Assembly: GCA_965147305.1 (NCBI GenBank)
Contig: CBCTJT010000017.1
Location: 40,015 to 104,014 of the forward strand
Direction of reading: 5' to 3'
Source of the DNA: an uncultured bacterium
GTDB taxonomy: Bacteria; Pseudomonadota; Gammaproteobacteria; Enterobacterales; Enterobacteriaceae
DNA length: 64,000 nucleotides
A model generated the notes under the pieces. The model ran no database searches. It was given only the letters and a program-made list of their open reading frames with translations, and was not told where the DNA came from. The position numbers and the translations under genes were made by a program. This document shows positions 18,053-27,799 of this stretch, piece after piece. Each line of letters opens with the position of its first letter. Positions within the stretch are counted from its first letter, which is position 1.

Positions 18053-18072
18053 GGTCGCCATTTATGGCGACC
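18053..18072. repeat. REP palindrome GGTCGCCATTTATGGCGACC
   Basis: Perfect 8-bp stem with a 4-nt AT loop, 10 nt downstream of the SBP gene stop. May double as its transcript-stabilising or terminator hairpin. Confidence 0.8.
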
Positions 18073-18081
18073 GTGAAAACC

Positions 18082-18996
18082 TTACTGGCTCTTCTCCACG
18101 TACTTCTGCATATTCTCTTTGGTCACCAGCTCAAACGGGATCCATACGTGTGAATCCACTTTCTCGCCTTTGATCAGCTTTTGCGCCACATCCACTGAAG
18201 ATTTGCCCTGGCCCACGGCATCCTGAAACACAGTGACCTGAATTTTGTCCTGCGACAGCGCTTTCAGGCCATCCGGCGTGGCATCAATCCCACCCACCAA
18301 AATCTTCTGGTTGCTTTTGGCTAGCGCCATCGCCGCACCAATTGCCATTTCGTCATTGTTGGCCGCGACAATATCAATTGCCTCGCCGTTACCGATCCAG
18401 TTGAGCATCAAATCCATGCCTTCATTACGCGCATAGTTGGCGGGCTGTTTCTGCACCACTTTCATGCCCGGGTATTTCGCCACCACCTGCTCGACATCTT
18501 TAGTCCGTTGCAGCGCGCCCGCATCGGTCAGGTTACCGATCATGATCGCCACATTGCCTTTGTAGTTGGCCATTTTCGCCAGCGCTTCCATTTGCAGCGT
18601 GCCAGATTCGCGCTCATCAGAACCGACAAACACCACGCCTGCCGGCAGAGTTTTATCGCCCGGCGTGCGGTTGACGTACACCAGCGGAATCTTCGCCTGC
18701 TGTGCCAGTTTGGTCAGCTGTGGCGTGCTGGCGGAATCCACCGGATCGACGATGATGGCGTCCACGCCTGCGCCGATAAAACTCTGCACCTGATCGGTCT
18801 GACGGCCGACATCACCGCGCGCATCTTCAAATTGCACATCGAGCCCGCGCGCTTTGGCCTCTTTATCAATCGACTGGCGAATCAGGGTTAAGAAGTTTTG
18901 GTCGAAATAGGCCATTGATACGCCGATTTTTTCGGCCAGCGCGGAAGCAGAGCTGGACAGCAGGCCGAGCAACAGTATCGCCTTGAGGGTTTTCAT
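18082..18996 (-). CDS. Periplasmic monosaccharide-binding protein (RbsB/PBP1 family), no adjacent permease or ATPase
   Basis: Sec signal MKTLKAILLLGLLSSSASALA. 304 aa with PBP type-1 layout (GVDAIIVDPVD, VGSDERESG, GIDATPDG). Confidence 0.85.
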   Translation of the reverse strand: MKTLKAILLLGLLSSSASALAEKIGVSMAYFDQNFLTLIRQSIDKEAKARGLDVQFEDARGDVGRQTDQVQSFIGAGVDAIIVDPVDSASTPQLTKLAQQAKIPLVYVNRTPGDKTLPAGVVFVGSDERESGTLQMEALAKMANYKGNVAIMIGNLTDAGALQRTKDVEQVVAKYPGMKVVQKQPANYARNEGMDLMLNWIGNGEAIDIVAANNDEMAIGAAMALAKSNQKILVGGIDATPDGLKALSQDKIQVTVFQDAVGQGKSSVDVAQKLIKGEKVDSHVWIPFELVTKENMQKYVEKSQ

Positions 18997-19500
18997 CGCA
19001 GACTCCAGAGTAAGATTGTTATTAGAATGAAAGTTTCAATGATGTAAAAAACGGATCAAAGAAATCATTTTCAGACTACGAGGCGGCTTTGGCGCTGACA
19101 ATCGTGATGATGTGAATTTGCTGAGAAGCGCACACTTTGCGCGTGGGTGGAGGATGCTTTGCTGCCTCCTTTGACGAGCAAATGCATGATGATTTGCGGC
19201 TTAATATGACGAGCGGGTACATGATGCTTTGCAGCCTCATAGTGATGTTGCGAAGCTTTTTCTCAGAGCTGGCGCACATTCCGGTGCAAAAGCATCCGCT
19301 TATTTAAGGTTCTGTGCAGCGCCGCACCCTGCTTTGTGGCAGATGCCAAAACCAGCGCAAATTAACCGCGCGGATTCCTCCATTCGCACAATGACCAGTA
19401 TGTATCTGGCTCTCTATAGTGGCTAAACAGTGAAATTAAAGCGGTATTCCTGCACATCATCGCTTCGGAGCAGGATGCTCCTCCATCAAGAGGTTCAGCC

Positions 19501-20895
19501 ATGTTACAAAGCAAAAACCGCAATCAGAACAGTCATGTGCGTATCTGGATTCTCTGTCTGATCCTGTTCCTGTCGGTGGTGGCGTACGCCGACCGCTCGA
19601 TCCTGTCGATCTCTGGATCGGCGATCAAAGATGAGTTTGGACTGTCGGCGATCCAGTTAGGGTTGATCCTCTCGGCGTTTAGCTGGGCCTATGTGATCGG
19701 CCAGATCCCCGGCGGTATTTTCCTCGACCGTTTCGGCACAAAAAAGGTCTATGGCGTGACGCTAGCGCTATGGTCGGTTTCCACCATATTGATGGGATTT
19801 ATCGGTGAGTTTTCCAGCGGCATGACCATGGCGCTGACACTCATGTTTGTGCTGCGCTTTGCGCTCGGCCTGATTGAAGCCCCGAGTTTTCCGGCCAACG
19901 CCCGTACGGTGATTATGTGGTTCCCTGGCGCTGAACGTGGCCGGGCATCGTCACTGTTTGCCTCAGCGCAGTATTTTGCCGTCGCCATTTTTTCTCCGTT
20001 ATCCGGCTGGCTGGTGTCACGCTTTGGTTGGGAGTGGCCGTTCTTTGTGTTGGGCGGCATTGGTGTGCTGGCGGTGTTCGTTTGGAGTTGGTATATGCGC
20101 AGTCCCAAACAGCACCCGCATGTGTCAGCCGCAGAGTTGAAATACATTGAGGAGGGCGGCGCGCTAGTGGACATTGACTCGGCGCAAACCCTGAAAGCCC
20201 GTGCGCCGCTGAGTAAAGCGATGTTCAAGACGTTGCTCAGCAATCGCATGCTGTGGTGCGCTTATATCGGGCAGTATTGCATCATTGCGCTGAGCTACTT
20301 CTTTATCACCTGGTTCCCGATTTACCTGGTGCAGGCACGCGGCATGAACATCATGGAAGCGGGCTTTGCCACCATCGCCCCGGCACTGTTTGGCTTTGTC
20401 GGCGGCATCAGCGGCGGTTACATCTCGGACAAGCTGTTGGCCAGCGGCTGGAGCCTTTCCTGGGCGCGTAAAACGCCGTATATCGTGGGTATGTTGATGG
20501 CCGCCTCGCTGATTCTGGCAGCGGTGATCCCGTCCAATGCGGGCATTATCGCCATTATGTCGTTTGCTTTCTTTGGCAAAGGCGTGGCAGCGGGCGCGGG
20601 CACCTGGACCATTGTCAGCGATACCGCACCGAAAGAAGCCGTCGGTCTGGCGGGCGCGATCTTTAATGGTATCGGCAATATGGCCGGATTTATCACGCCA
20701 CTGCTGTTTGGCATTATCGTCGGCTTGACCGGCAGCTACAGTATTGGATTAGTGTTTGTTGGCGCGCATTGTATCGTCGCGGCGCTGCTGTTCCTGCTGG
20801 TGATGGGCCCGATTGAACGTGTCGGTGACGAGCAGGATTCGTCTGCAACATCTTACGAAACTCAGGGGAAACAAGATGGGATCAAAGCCGTTTAA
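19501..20895 (+). CDS. MFS transporter, anionic sugar-acid (ACS) family
   Basis: 464 aa, 12 TM. ADRSILSISGSAIKDEFGLSA and the GIFLDRFGTKK loop motif are typical of GudP/DgoT/ExuT-like carriers. Confidence 0.85.
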   Translation: MLQSKNRNQNSHVRIWILCLILFLSVVAYADRSILSISGSAIKDEFGLSAIQLGLILSAFSWAYVIGQIPGGIFLDRFGTKKVYGVTLALWSVSTILMGFIGEFSSGMTMALTLMFVLRFALGLIEAPSFPANARTVIMWFPGAERGRASSLFASAQYFAVAIFSPLSGWLVSRFGWEWPFFVLGGIGVLAVFVWSWYMRSPKQHPHVSAAELKYIEEGGALVDIDSAQTLKARAPLSKAMFKTLLSNRMLWCAYIGQYCIIALSYFFITWFPIYLVQARGMNIMEAGFATIAPALFGFVGGISGGYISDKLLASGWSLSWARKTPYIVGMLMAASLILAAVIPSNAGIIAIMSFAFFGKGVAAGAGTWTIVSDTAPKEAVGLAGAIFNGIGNMAGFITPLLFGIIVGLTGSYSIGLVFVGAHCIVAALLFLLVMGPIERVGDEQDSSATSYETQGKQDGIKAV

Positions 20896-21835
20896 CGTAT
20901 TGCTGAAAGGGCCGCTGTTGCCGCAGCGGCTGCAGGATAATCTCGACGCGCACTTCACTACGTCGCGGTTGTGGCAGCAGGAAGATCAGGTGGCGTGGCT
21001 GGCACAACATGGCGCAGGCATTGATGCGCTGGTGACCAGTGGTAATGCGTTGATGGGCGCGAATGCGGCATTGCTGGCGCAGTTGCCTAATCTGAAGGTG
21101 ATTTGCAGTAACGGCGTGGGCTATGACGCGATAGACATTGCCGCCGCCGAAGCGCGGGGCATCGTGGTGACCAACACGCCGGGCGTGCTGAATAGCTGCG
21201 TGGCGGATACCGGCATGGCGCTGCTGCTGGATGTGGCGCGCCGCATCAGCGCATCGGATCGTTATGTGCGCGCCGGTGACTGGCAAGCGAAAGGTCGCTA
21301 TCCGTTGACCACCAAAGTGGGCGGTAAAGTATGCGGGATTGTTGGTCTGGGTGGGATTGGCAAAGATCTGGCGAAGCGCGCGCGGGCGTTTGATATGGAT
21401 GTGCATTTTTACAACCCGCGTTCGCGCCCGGATGTGCCTTACACACGCCATGACTCGCTGCTGTCACTGGCAAAGCAGGCTGATTTTTTGGTGCTGACAT
21501 TACCGGGCGGCGCGTCTACGCATCATCTGGTGAATGCTGAGGTGCTGCGTGCGCTGGGGCCGAAGGGCTTTTTGATTAATATTGCGCGCGGCAGCGTGGT
21601 GGATGAGCAGGCGTTGATTGCCGCGCTCGAAGCCGGCGAGATTGCGGGTGCCGGTTTGGATGTGTTCGAGCATGAACCGGCGGTGCCTGCCGCGCTGCTG
21701 CAGCGTGATGATGTCGTGATCACCCCACATCTCGCCAGCAGCACCCATGAAACCATGGCGGCGATGGCAGATTTGGTATTTGAAAACCTGTTGGCGTTTT
21801 CGCAGGGCGAAGCGGTGTTAACGCGGGTGGTTTAA
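20876..21835 (+). CDS. D-isomer-specific 2-hydroxyacid dehydrogenase (glyoxylate/hydroxypyruvate or 2-ketoacid reductase type)
   Basis: ORF trimmed to MGSKPFNVLLKG (GGGGAA SD). GIVGLGGIGKDLAKRA NAD-binding motif. Start overlaps the MFS 3' end by 20 nt, so an operon is likely. Confidence 0.8.
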   Translation: MGSKPFNVLLKGPLLPQRLQDNLDAHFTTSRLWQQEDQVAWLAQHGAGIDALVTSGNALMGANAALLAQLPNLKVICSNGVGYDAIDIAAAEARGIVVTNTPGVLNSCVADTGMALLLDVARRISASDRYVRAGDWQAKGRYPLTTKVGGKVCGIVGLGGIGKDLAKRARAFDMDVHFYNPRSRPDVPYTRHDSLLSLAKQADFLVLTLPGGASTHHLVNAEVLRALGPKGFLINIARGSVVDEQALIAALEAGEIAGAGLDVFEHEPAVPAALLQRDDVVITPHLASSTHETMAAMADLVFENLLAFSQGEAVLTRVV

Positions 21836-21840
21836 ATATA

Positions 21841-21940
21841 CTTTTAGTGTGCGGGCCGCAGCACCTCTGCTATTGCCGGGCAGTCCTTGCAGCAGCAGAG
21901 CCACTTAGGCCTGAAACGTTGTGCGCTCTTTAGTAAAAGG
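21841..21940. repeat. Compact copy of the GC-rich palindromic element seen at 8703-9100
   Basis: CTTTTAGTGTGCGGGCCGCAGCACCTCTGCTATTGCC-GGGCAGTCC-TTGCAGCAGCAGAGCCACTTAGGCC...TAAAAGG. The arms are self-complementary and match both arm types of the 8.7-9.1 kb cluster. Confidence 0.75.
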
Positions 21941-22036
21941 CGTAGCGCTACGAATTTATTGCGCTAGTCCAAATCCCTTCCCCCCTCACAGATCGCACAA
22001 ATCACTCCTGAAGAATATTTGCTCAGCTGCCGATAC

Positions 22037-22068
22037 CTCTCCTTACCATCCACTGATATTAAGGAGAG
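22037..22068 (+). promoter_or_regulatory. Hairpin sequestering the Shine-Dalgarno of the HD-GYP gene
   Basis: CTCTCCTTA (22037-22045) is the perfect complement of TAAGGAGAG (22060-22068), with a 14-nt loop. The 3' arm is the SD, 5 nt upstream of the GTG start at 22074. Confidence 0.45.
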
Positions 22069-22073
22069 ATATC

Positions 22074-23237
22074 GTGATAAAGCTGATTACCGTTGACGAA
22101 TTGCGGCAAGGAATGTTCATCCACAAACTGGAGGTTTGGTGGCTCAAGGACAAACGCATTCGCAACCAAATGCTGATCACCGATAAACGCCAGATCGCGA
22201 TGATCCGCAACGAAGGGATCCAGCAGATCTGGATCGACATTGATAAGTCGGTGCAGGCACCTGCGAAGCCTGCGCCGAAGAAGGCTATTCCGCAAACGTC
22301 GTTTTTCAAAGAGCTGGACCAGGCGCAAACCATCTTCAATCAGGGCAAGCCGCAGGTGCTGGCGATGTTCAACGAAGCGCGAATGGGTCAAGGGCTGGAC
22401 CTCAACTATACGATGGACTTGGTGGATGATATTGCCGGGTCAATTACCCGCGAACCGACTGCGCTGCTCAGCGTGGCGCGGCTGAAAAATCACGACGATT
22501 ACACCTATTTGCATTCGATGGCGGTGTGCGGGTTGATGATCTCGCTGGGCAAAAAAATGGGGCTCGATGAGCACCAACAGCGGCGCGTGGGCATGGGCGG
22601 TTTGCTGCATGATGTGGGGAAATCGGCGGTGCCGCTGGAAATCCTCAATAAACCCGGCAAGCTCACCGACGAGGAGTTCACCATCATGCGTGAGCACCCG
22701 ATTGTCGGTGCACAGATGTTGATGGAGGCCGATGCAGGAGAAGACCTGCTGGATATTGCACTGCATCACCACGAAAAAGTCGATGGCAGCGGTTATCCTC
22801 ATAAACTAAAAGGGGAGGAAATCTCGTTATTTGCGCGCATGGCCGCGGTGTGCGATGTCTATGACGCGGTAACCTCCAATCGTCCGTATCGCAAGGGCTG
22901 GACGCCCGCCGAAGCGATGCACAACATGCTGAGCTGGCGCGGCCATTTCGACAACACGCTGCTGCACGCCTTCGTGCGCACCATTGGCATTTATCCGGTG
23001 GGATCGCTGGTGCGGCTGGCTTCCGGACGCGTGGCGCTGGTGGTGCAGGCCGGGGAAAAATCGCTGCTAAAACCTAAAGTGCATGTGTTTTGGTCGTTAC
23101 ACGCCCAGCGTGAACTGAAGCCTGAAGAGCTGGATCTTGGCGATTCATTCTGCACCGACAGCATCACCGGTGCCGAAGACAGCGGCCTGTGGCAGAACGT
23201 CGACCTTAATCGCATCTGGGCGTTAGAAACCGCTTAA
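22074..23237 (+). CDS. HD-GYP domain c-di-GMP phosphodiesterase with DUF3391-type N-terminal domain (387 aa)
   Basis: GTG start chosen (AAGGAGAG SD; [19 protein letters not shown] is a typical DUF3391 N-terminus). HDVGK and [11 protein letters not shown] motifs are present. Confidence 0.8.
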   Translation: MIKLITVDELRQGMFIHKLEVWWLKDKRIRNQMLITDKRQIAMIRNEGIQQIWIDIDKSVQAPAKPAPKKAIPQTSFFKELDQAQTIFNQGKPQVLAMFNEARMGQGLDLNYTMDLVDDIAGSITREPTALLSVARLKNHDDYTYLHSMAVCGLMISLGKKMGLDEHQQRRVGMGGLLHDVGKSAVPLEILNKPGKLTDEEFTIMREHPIVGAQMLMEADAGEDLLDIALHHHEKVDGSGYPHKLKGEEISLFARMAAVCDVYDAVTSNRPYRKGWTPAEAMHNMLSWRGHFDNTLLHAFVRTIGIYPVGSLVRLASGRVALVVQAGEKSLLKPKVHVFWSLHAQRELKPEELDLGDSFCTDSITGAEDSGLWQNVDLNRIWALETA

Positions 23238-23245
23238 TACGACAG

Positions 23246-23266
23246 CATTTTTATACTTTCTTTACG
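23246..23266 (+). promoter_or_regulatory. KdpE operator (direct half-sites TTTATA-N5-TTTACG)
   Basis: CATTTTTATACTTTCTTTACG is nearly identical to the E. coli kdpFABC KdpE site (CATTTTTATACTTTTTTTACA) as I recall it. Lies 80-100 bp upstream of kdpF. Confidence 0.65.
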
Positions 23267-23345
23267 CCGGATTCCCGCCTTTTTACCCCTTCTTTATGCC
23301 GCGCCGCGCATGCTTGCAGCACTACCAAATCCTCTGGAGGTTGCT

Positions 23346-23435
23346 GTGAGCGTGGGCGTGATTGCCGGCATCGTGCTGGTGTTTATCTTGTTGGGCTACC
23401 TGATTTATGCCCTGCTAAATGCGGAGGCATTCTGA
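23346..23435 (+). CDS. kdpF: K+-transporting ATPase subunit F (29 aa)
   Basis: Not in the ORF track. GTG start after a GGAGG SD. Translation [29 protein letters not shown] vs E. coli MSAGVITGVLLVFLLLGYLVYALINAEAF. TGA overlaps the kdpA ATG. Confidence 0.9.
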   Translation: MSVGVIAGIVLVFILLGYLIYALLNAEAF

Positions 23436-25114
23436 TGGCTGCGAATGCGTTTTTACTGATTGCGGTCTATCTGCTGGTGCTGATGGTGCTGGCACAGCCG
23501 CTGGGGCGTTTTCTTGCAGTGCTGGTAGCCGACAAACCGCTGCTGCCGCGAACCGAGCGGGCGCTGTGGCGGCTGGCGGGAGTGGAGAGTGATGCGATGC
23601 GCTGGCCGCACTATCTGCTGGCGATCCTGTTGTTCAATGCGCTGGGTTTTATCCTGCTACTGGCAATCCTGATGCTGCAGGGTTCGCTGCCGCTCAACCC
23701 GCAACAGTTGCCTAGTCTTAGCTGGGATCTGGCGCTCAACACTGCCGTTAGCTTTGTCACCAACACCAACTGGCAGGCGTATGCGGGCGAAAGCACGGTC
23801 AGCTATTTCAGTCAGATGGCCGGTCTCACGGTGCAAAACTTCCTGTCGGCGGCGACTGGTATTGCGGTGGCCTTTGCGCTGATTCGCGGTTTTGCTAATC
23901 GCTCACTGGCGACGCTCGGCAACGCCTGGCGCGATCTAACGCGTATCACGGTATATGTGCTGCTGCCGATCAGCCTGCTGATGGCGCTGTTCTTTGTGTA
24001 TCAGGGCAGTATCCAGACCTTTGAGCCTTATCACGCGCTCACCACGCTGGAAGGGGCAAAGCAAACGCTGCCACTCGGCCCAGTGGCTTCGCAGGAAGCG
24101 ATCAAAATGCTCGGCACTAACGGCGGCGGCTTCTTTAACGTCAACTCAGCCCATCCGTTTGAAAACCCGACCGAGCTAACCAACTTTGTGCAGATGCTGA
24201 GTATCTTCCTGATCCCGGCCGCGCTGTGCTTCACTTTTGGCCAACATCTGGGCGATCGTCGTCAGGGTCACATGCTGCTGTGGGCGATGACCATCATGTT
24301 CGTGCTGGCGGTGATCACCGTGATGTGGGCAGAACTGCGCGGCAATCCGCACTTCCTGACGCTCGGTGCGGACAGCGCCATCAATATGGAAGGTAAAGAG
24401 ACGCGCTTTGGCATTCTCAATTCCAGTCTGTTTGCGGTGATCACTACGGCGGCCTCGTGCGGTGCGGTGAATGCCATGCACGACTCCTTTACTGCACTGG
24501 GCGGCATGGTGCCGATGTGGTTGATGCAACTGGGTGAAGTGGTGTTTGGCGGTGTGGGTGCCGGGTTGTACGGCATGCTGCTGTTCGTGCTGCTCGGGGT
24601 ATTTATCGCCGGTCTGATGATTGGCCGTACACCGGAGTACATGGGTAAAAAGATCGACGTGTGGGAGATGAAAATGACCGCACTGGCGATTCTGGTGACG
24701 CCGACCCTGGTGCTGCTTGGCACTGCGCTGGCGATGATGACCGATGCAGGGCGCGCCGGTATGGCGAATCCTGGCATCCACGGCTTCAGTGAAGTGCTGT
24801 ATGCCGTCTCGTCAGCATCCAATAACAATGGCAGTGCCTTTGCCGGATTGAGCGCCAACACCCCGTTCTGGAACCTGTTGCTGGCCTTCTGCATGTTGAT
24901 CGGGCGCTTCGGCATCATCATTCCGGTGATGGCGATTGCCGGTTCGCTGGCGGCGAAGAAAATCCAGCCGGTGGGTAACGGTACGTTACCGACCCACGGT
25001 CCACTGTTTATCGCGCTGCTGATTGGCACCGTGCTGCTGGTGGGGGCTCTGACCTTTATCCCCGCGCTGGCACTCGGCCCGGTGGCGGAACATCTGCAAC
25101 TCATTCAGGGATAA
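23435..25114 (+). CDS. kdpA: K+-transporting ATPase subunit A
   Basis: 559 aa, collinear with E. coli KdpA ([24 protein letters not shown]; GTNGGGFF selectivity-filter segment). Confidence 0.95.
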   Translation: MAANAFLLIAVYLLVLMVLAQPLGRFLAVLVADKPLLPRTERALWRLAGVESDAMRWPHYLLAILLFNALGFILLLAILMLQGSLPLNPQQLPSLSWDLALNTAVSFVTNTNWQAYAGESTVSYFSQMAGLTVQNFLSAATGIAVAFALIRGFANRSLATLGNAWRDLTRITVYVLLPISLLMALFFVYQGSIQTFEPYHALTTLEGAKQTLPLGPVASQEAIKMLGTNGGGFFNVNSAHPFENPTELTNFVQMLSIFLIPAALCFTFGQHLGDRRQGHMLLWAMTIMFVLAVITVMWAELRGNPHFLTLGADSAINMEGKETRFGILNSSLFAVITTAASCGAVNAMHDSFTALGGMVPMWLMQLGEVVFGGVGAGLYGMLLFVLLGVFIAGLMIGRTPEYMGKKIDVWEMKMTALAILVTPTLVLLGTALAMMTDAGRAGMANPGIHGFSEVLYAVSSASNNNGSAFAGLSANTPFWNLLLAFCMLIGRFGIIIPVMAIAGSLAAKKIQPVGNGTLPTHGPLFIALLIGTVLLVGALTFIPALALGPVAEHLQLIQG

Positions 25115-25121
25115 CGGAATC

Positions 25122-27170
25122 ATGAGTCGTCAACAACTGGCGCTGTTTGATGCAGCGCTGACGAAAACTGCCGTGCTGGATGCGGTGAAGAAACTCGATC
25201 CACGCGTGCAATTTCGCAACCCGGTGATGTTTTTGGTGTGGCTCGGCAGCGTGCTGACCTCGCTGCTGGCCATCGGCATGCTCACCGGGCACCTGAGCGG
25301 CAACGCCGGGTTTACCGCTGGTGTCGCCATCTGGCTATGGTTCACGGTGTTGTTTGCCAACTTCGCTGAAGCGCTGGCGGAAGGGCGCAGCAAGGCGCAG
25401 GCCAACAGCCTGAAAGGCATCAGCAAAACCAGCGATGCGAAAAAGCTGGCCGAGCCGCGCCACGGCGCGCAGTGGCAGCCGGTAGCGGCAGACACCTTGC
25501 GTAAAGGCGATGTGGTGCTGGTGGAAGCGGGTGACATCATCCCCTGTGACGGCGAAGTGCTGGAAGGCGGCGCGTCAGTGGATGAGAGTGCGATTACCGG
25601 CGAATCAGCGCCGGTGATCCGCGAATCCGGCGGCGATTTTTCATCGGTGACCGGCGGGACACGCATTCTTTCTGACTGGCTGGTGATCCAGTGCAGCGTC
25701 AATCCTGGCGAAACCTTCCTCGATCGCATGATTGCCATGGTCGAAGGTGCAAAACGTCGCAAAACGCCGAACGAAATCGCGCTGACCATTCTGCTGGTGT
25801 CGTTGACCATCGTGTTCCTGCTGGCGACCGCCACCCTATGGCCATTCTCAGCCTACGGCGGCACGCCGGTGAGCGTGACGGTGCTGGTGGCGCTGTTGGT
25901 GTGTCTGATTCCGACCACTATCGGCGGCTTGCTGTCGGCGATTGGTGTGGCAGGGATGAGCCGCATGCTCGGTGCCAACGTTATCGCCACCAGCGGTCGT
26001 GCGGTGGAAGCGGCGGGCGACGTCGATGTGCTGATGCTGGATAAAACCGGCACTATCACATTGGGTAACCGTCAGGCGACGCAGTTTATGCCCGCGCCCG
26101 GCATTACCGAGCAGCAGTTAGCGGATGCGGCACAGCTGGCCTCGCTGGCGGATGAAACGCCAGAAGGGCGCAGCATCGTGGTGCTGGCGAAGCAAAAATT
26201 TAACCTGCGTGAACGCGATCTCAGCAGCATGGGCGCGAGCTTTATTCCGTTCTCGGCGCAAACGCGCATGAGCGGCGTCAACGTGCAGGATCGTTTGATT
26301 CGCAAAGGGGCCGTTGACGCGGTTCGCCGTCATATCGAAGCCAATAACGGCCGTTTCCCGGCAGAAGTTAACGCCAGCGTGGAAGAAGTGGCGCGCGGCG
26401 GGGGCACACCGCTGGTGGTAGCCGAAGGGGCTCAGGTGCTGGGCGTGGTAGCGCTGAAAGATATCGTCAAAGGCGGCATCAAAGAGCGTTTTGCCGAGCT
26501 GCGCAAAATGGGCATCAAAACGGTGATGATCACTGGCGATAACCCGCTGACGGCGGCAGCTATCGCGGCAGAAGCGGGCGTGGATGATTTTCTTTCGGAA
26601 GCCACTCCGGAAGCCAAGCTGGCGCTGATTCGTCAGTATCAGGCGGAAGGGCGTTTAGTGGCGATGACCGGCGACGGCACCAACGACGCCCCTGCACTGG
26701 CGCAGGCGGACGTGGCAGTGGCGATGAACTCGGGCACGCAGGCGGCAAAAGAGGCCGGGAACATGGTCGATCTCGACTCCAACCCGACCAAACTGCTGGA
26801 AGTAGTGCACATCGGTAAACAGATGCTGATGACGCGCGGTTCACTGACCACCTTCAGTATCGCCAATGATGTGGCGAAGTACTTTGCCATTATCCCGGCG
26901 GCGTTTGCGGCCACCTATCCGCAGCTCAATATGCTGAACGTGATGCATCTGCACTCACCGAACTCAGCGATTCTGTCGGCGGTGATATTCAACGCGCTGG
27001 TGATTGTGTTCCTCATCCCGCTGGCGCTAAAAGGCGTGAGCTACCGTCCGATGAGTGCCGCCGCGCTGCTGCGTCGCAACCTGTGGATTTACGGTGTCGG
27101 CGGATTAGTGGTGCCGTTTATCGGTATTAAAGCCATCGACCTGCTGCTGACGGTGTTTGGCCTGGTTTAA
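25122..27170 (+). CDS. kdpB: K+-transporting P-type ATPase subunit B
   Basis: 682 aa. DKTGTIT phosphorylation motif and [17 protein letters not shown] hinge motif. Confidence 0.95.
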   Translation: MSRQQLALFDAALTKTAVLDAVKKLDPRVQFRNPVMFLVWLGSVLTSLLAIGMLTGHLSGNAGFTAGVAIWLWFTVLFANFAEALAEGRSKAQANSLKGISKTSDAKKLAEPRHGAQWQPVAADTLRKGDVVLVEAGDIIPCDGEVLEGGASVDESAITGESAPVIRESGGDFSSVTGGTRILSDWLVIQCSVNPGETFLDRMIAMVEGAKRRKTPNEIALTILLVSLTIVFLLATATLWPFSAYGGTPVSVTVLVALLVCLIPTTIGGLLSAIGVAGMSRMLGANVIATSGRAVEAAGDVDVLMLDKTGTITLGNRQATQFMPAPGITEQQLADAAQLASLADETPEGRSIVVLAKQKFNLRERDLSSMGASFIPFSAQTRMSGVNVQDRLIRKGAVDAVRRHIEANNGRFPAEVNASVEEVARGGGTPLVVAEGAQVLGVVALKDIVKGGIKERFAELRKMGIKTVMITGDNPLTAAAIAAEAGVDDFLSEATPEAKLALIRQYQAEGRLVAMTGDGTNDAPALAQADVAVAMNSGTQAAKEAGNMVDLDSNPTKLLEVVHIGKQMLMTRGSLTTFSIANDVAKYFAIIPAAFAATYPQLNMLNVMHLHSPNSAILSAVIFNALVIVFLIPLALKGVSYRPMSAAALLRRNLWIYGVGGLVVPFIGIKAIDLLLTVFGLV

Positions 27171-27181
27171 GGAGAAGAGAA

Positions 27182-27754
27182 ATGAGTCAGTTACGTCCGG
27201 CTATTGTATTGTTAATACTGCTAACGTTGTTAACCGGCGCGGTGTATCCGCTGCTGACCACCGGCTTAGCGCAGTGGTGGTTCCCGTCGCAGGCCAACGG
27301 TTCGCTGATTGAGCAGGATGGCGTGGAGCGCGGTTCCGATCGCATTGGCCAGGTGTTTACCCAGCCCGGCCATTTTTGGGGCCGTCAATCGGCGACCGGC
27401 GATGCACCCTACAACGCCCTGGCCTCTAGCGGCAGCAATCTGGCGGCGAGCAATCCGGCACTGGATAAAGCGGTGGCCGAACGCGTGGCTGCCCTGCGCA
27501 CCGCCAATCCGCAGGCTCCGGCTGCGGTGCCAGTTGAACTGGTGACCGCATCGGCAAGTGGGCTTGATCCGGATATTTCACCGGAAGCGGCACTGTGGCA
27601 GGCGCCACGTATCGCAGCAGCGCGCAATATGGCGCTGAAGGATGTGGAAGCGCTGATTGCACGCAACACCGAGCGTCCGCTGCTGCCGTTTATCGGTGAA
27701 GAGACGGTGAACGTGCTGCAACTGAATATGGCGCTGGATGCGTTGCAGGGATAA
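27182..27754 (+). CDS. kdpC: K+-transporting ATPase subunit C
   Basis: 190 aa. [35 protein letters not shown] and [14 protein letters not shown] are KdpC signatures. Confidence 0.95.
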   Translation: MSQLRPAIVLLILLTLLTGAVYPLLTTGLAQWWFPSQANGSLIEQDGVERGSDRIGQVFTQPGHFWGRQSATGDAPYNALASSGSNLAASNPALDKAVAERVAALRTANPQAPAAVPVELVTASASGLDPDISPEAALWQAPRIAAARNMALKDVEALIARNTERPLLPFIGEETVNVLQLNMALDALQG

Positions 27755-27763
27755 TTGATTGAT

Positions 27764-27784
27764 AGCGCGATTTATCGCGCTTTT
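27764..27784 (+). terminator. REP-like hairpin with short T-tract in the 45-nt kdpC-kdpD spacer
   Basis: AGCGCGA-TTTA-TCGCGCT followed by TTT. 7-bp stem, 4-nt loop. Same palindrome style as the window's REP family. Confidence 0.4.
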
Positions 27785-27799
27785 CACGACGGATAACTG

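Noticed and set aside
19076-19426. 67-aa and 65-aa ORFs in the SBP/MFS divergent spacer
   Set aside because: They overlap each other on opposite strands, lack SD sequences, span the degenerate 35-bp repeats and have no recognisable features.
24176-25834. Long minus-strand ORFs (201, 278 and 234 aa) inside kdpA/kdpB
   Set aside because: They are antisense to strongly conserved kdp genes and have biased Ser/Pro/Ala/Arg composition with no SD or motif support. Treated as shadow ORFs.
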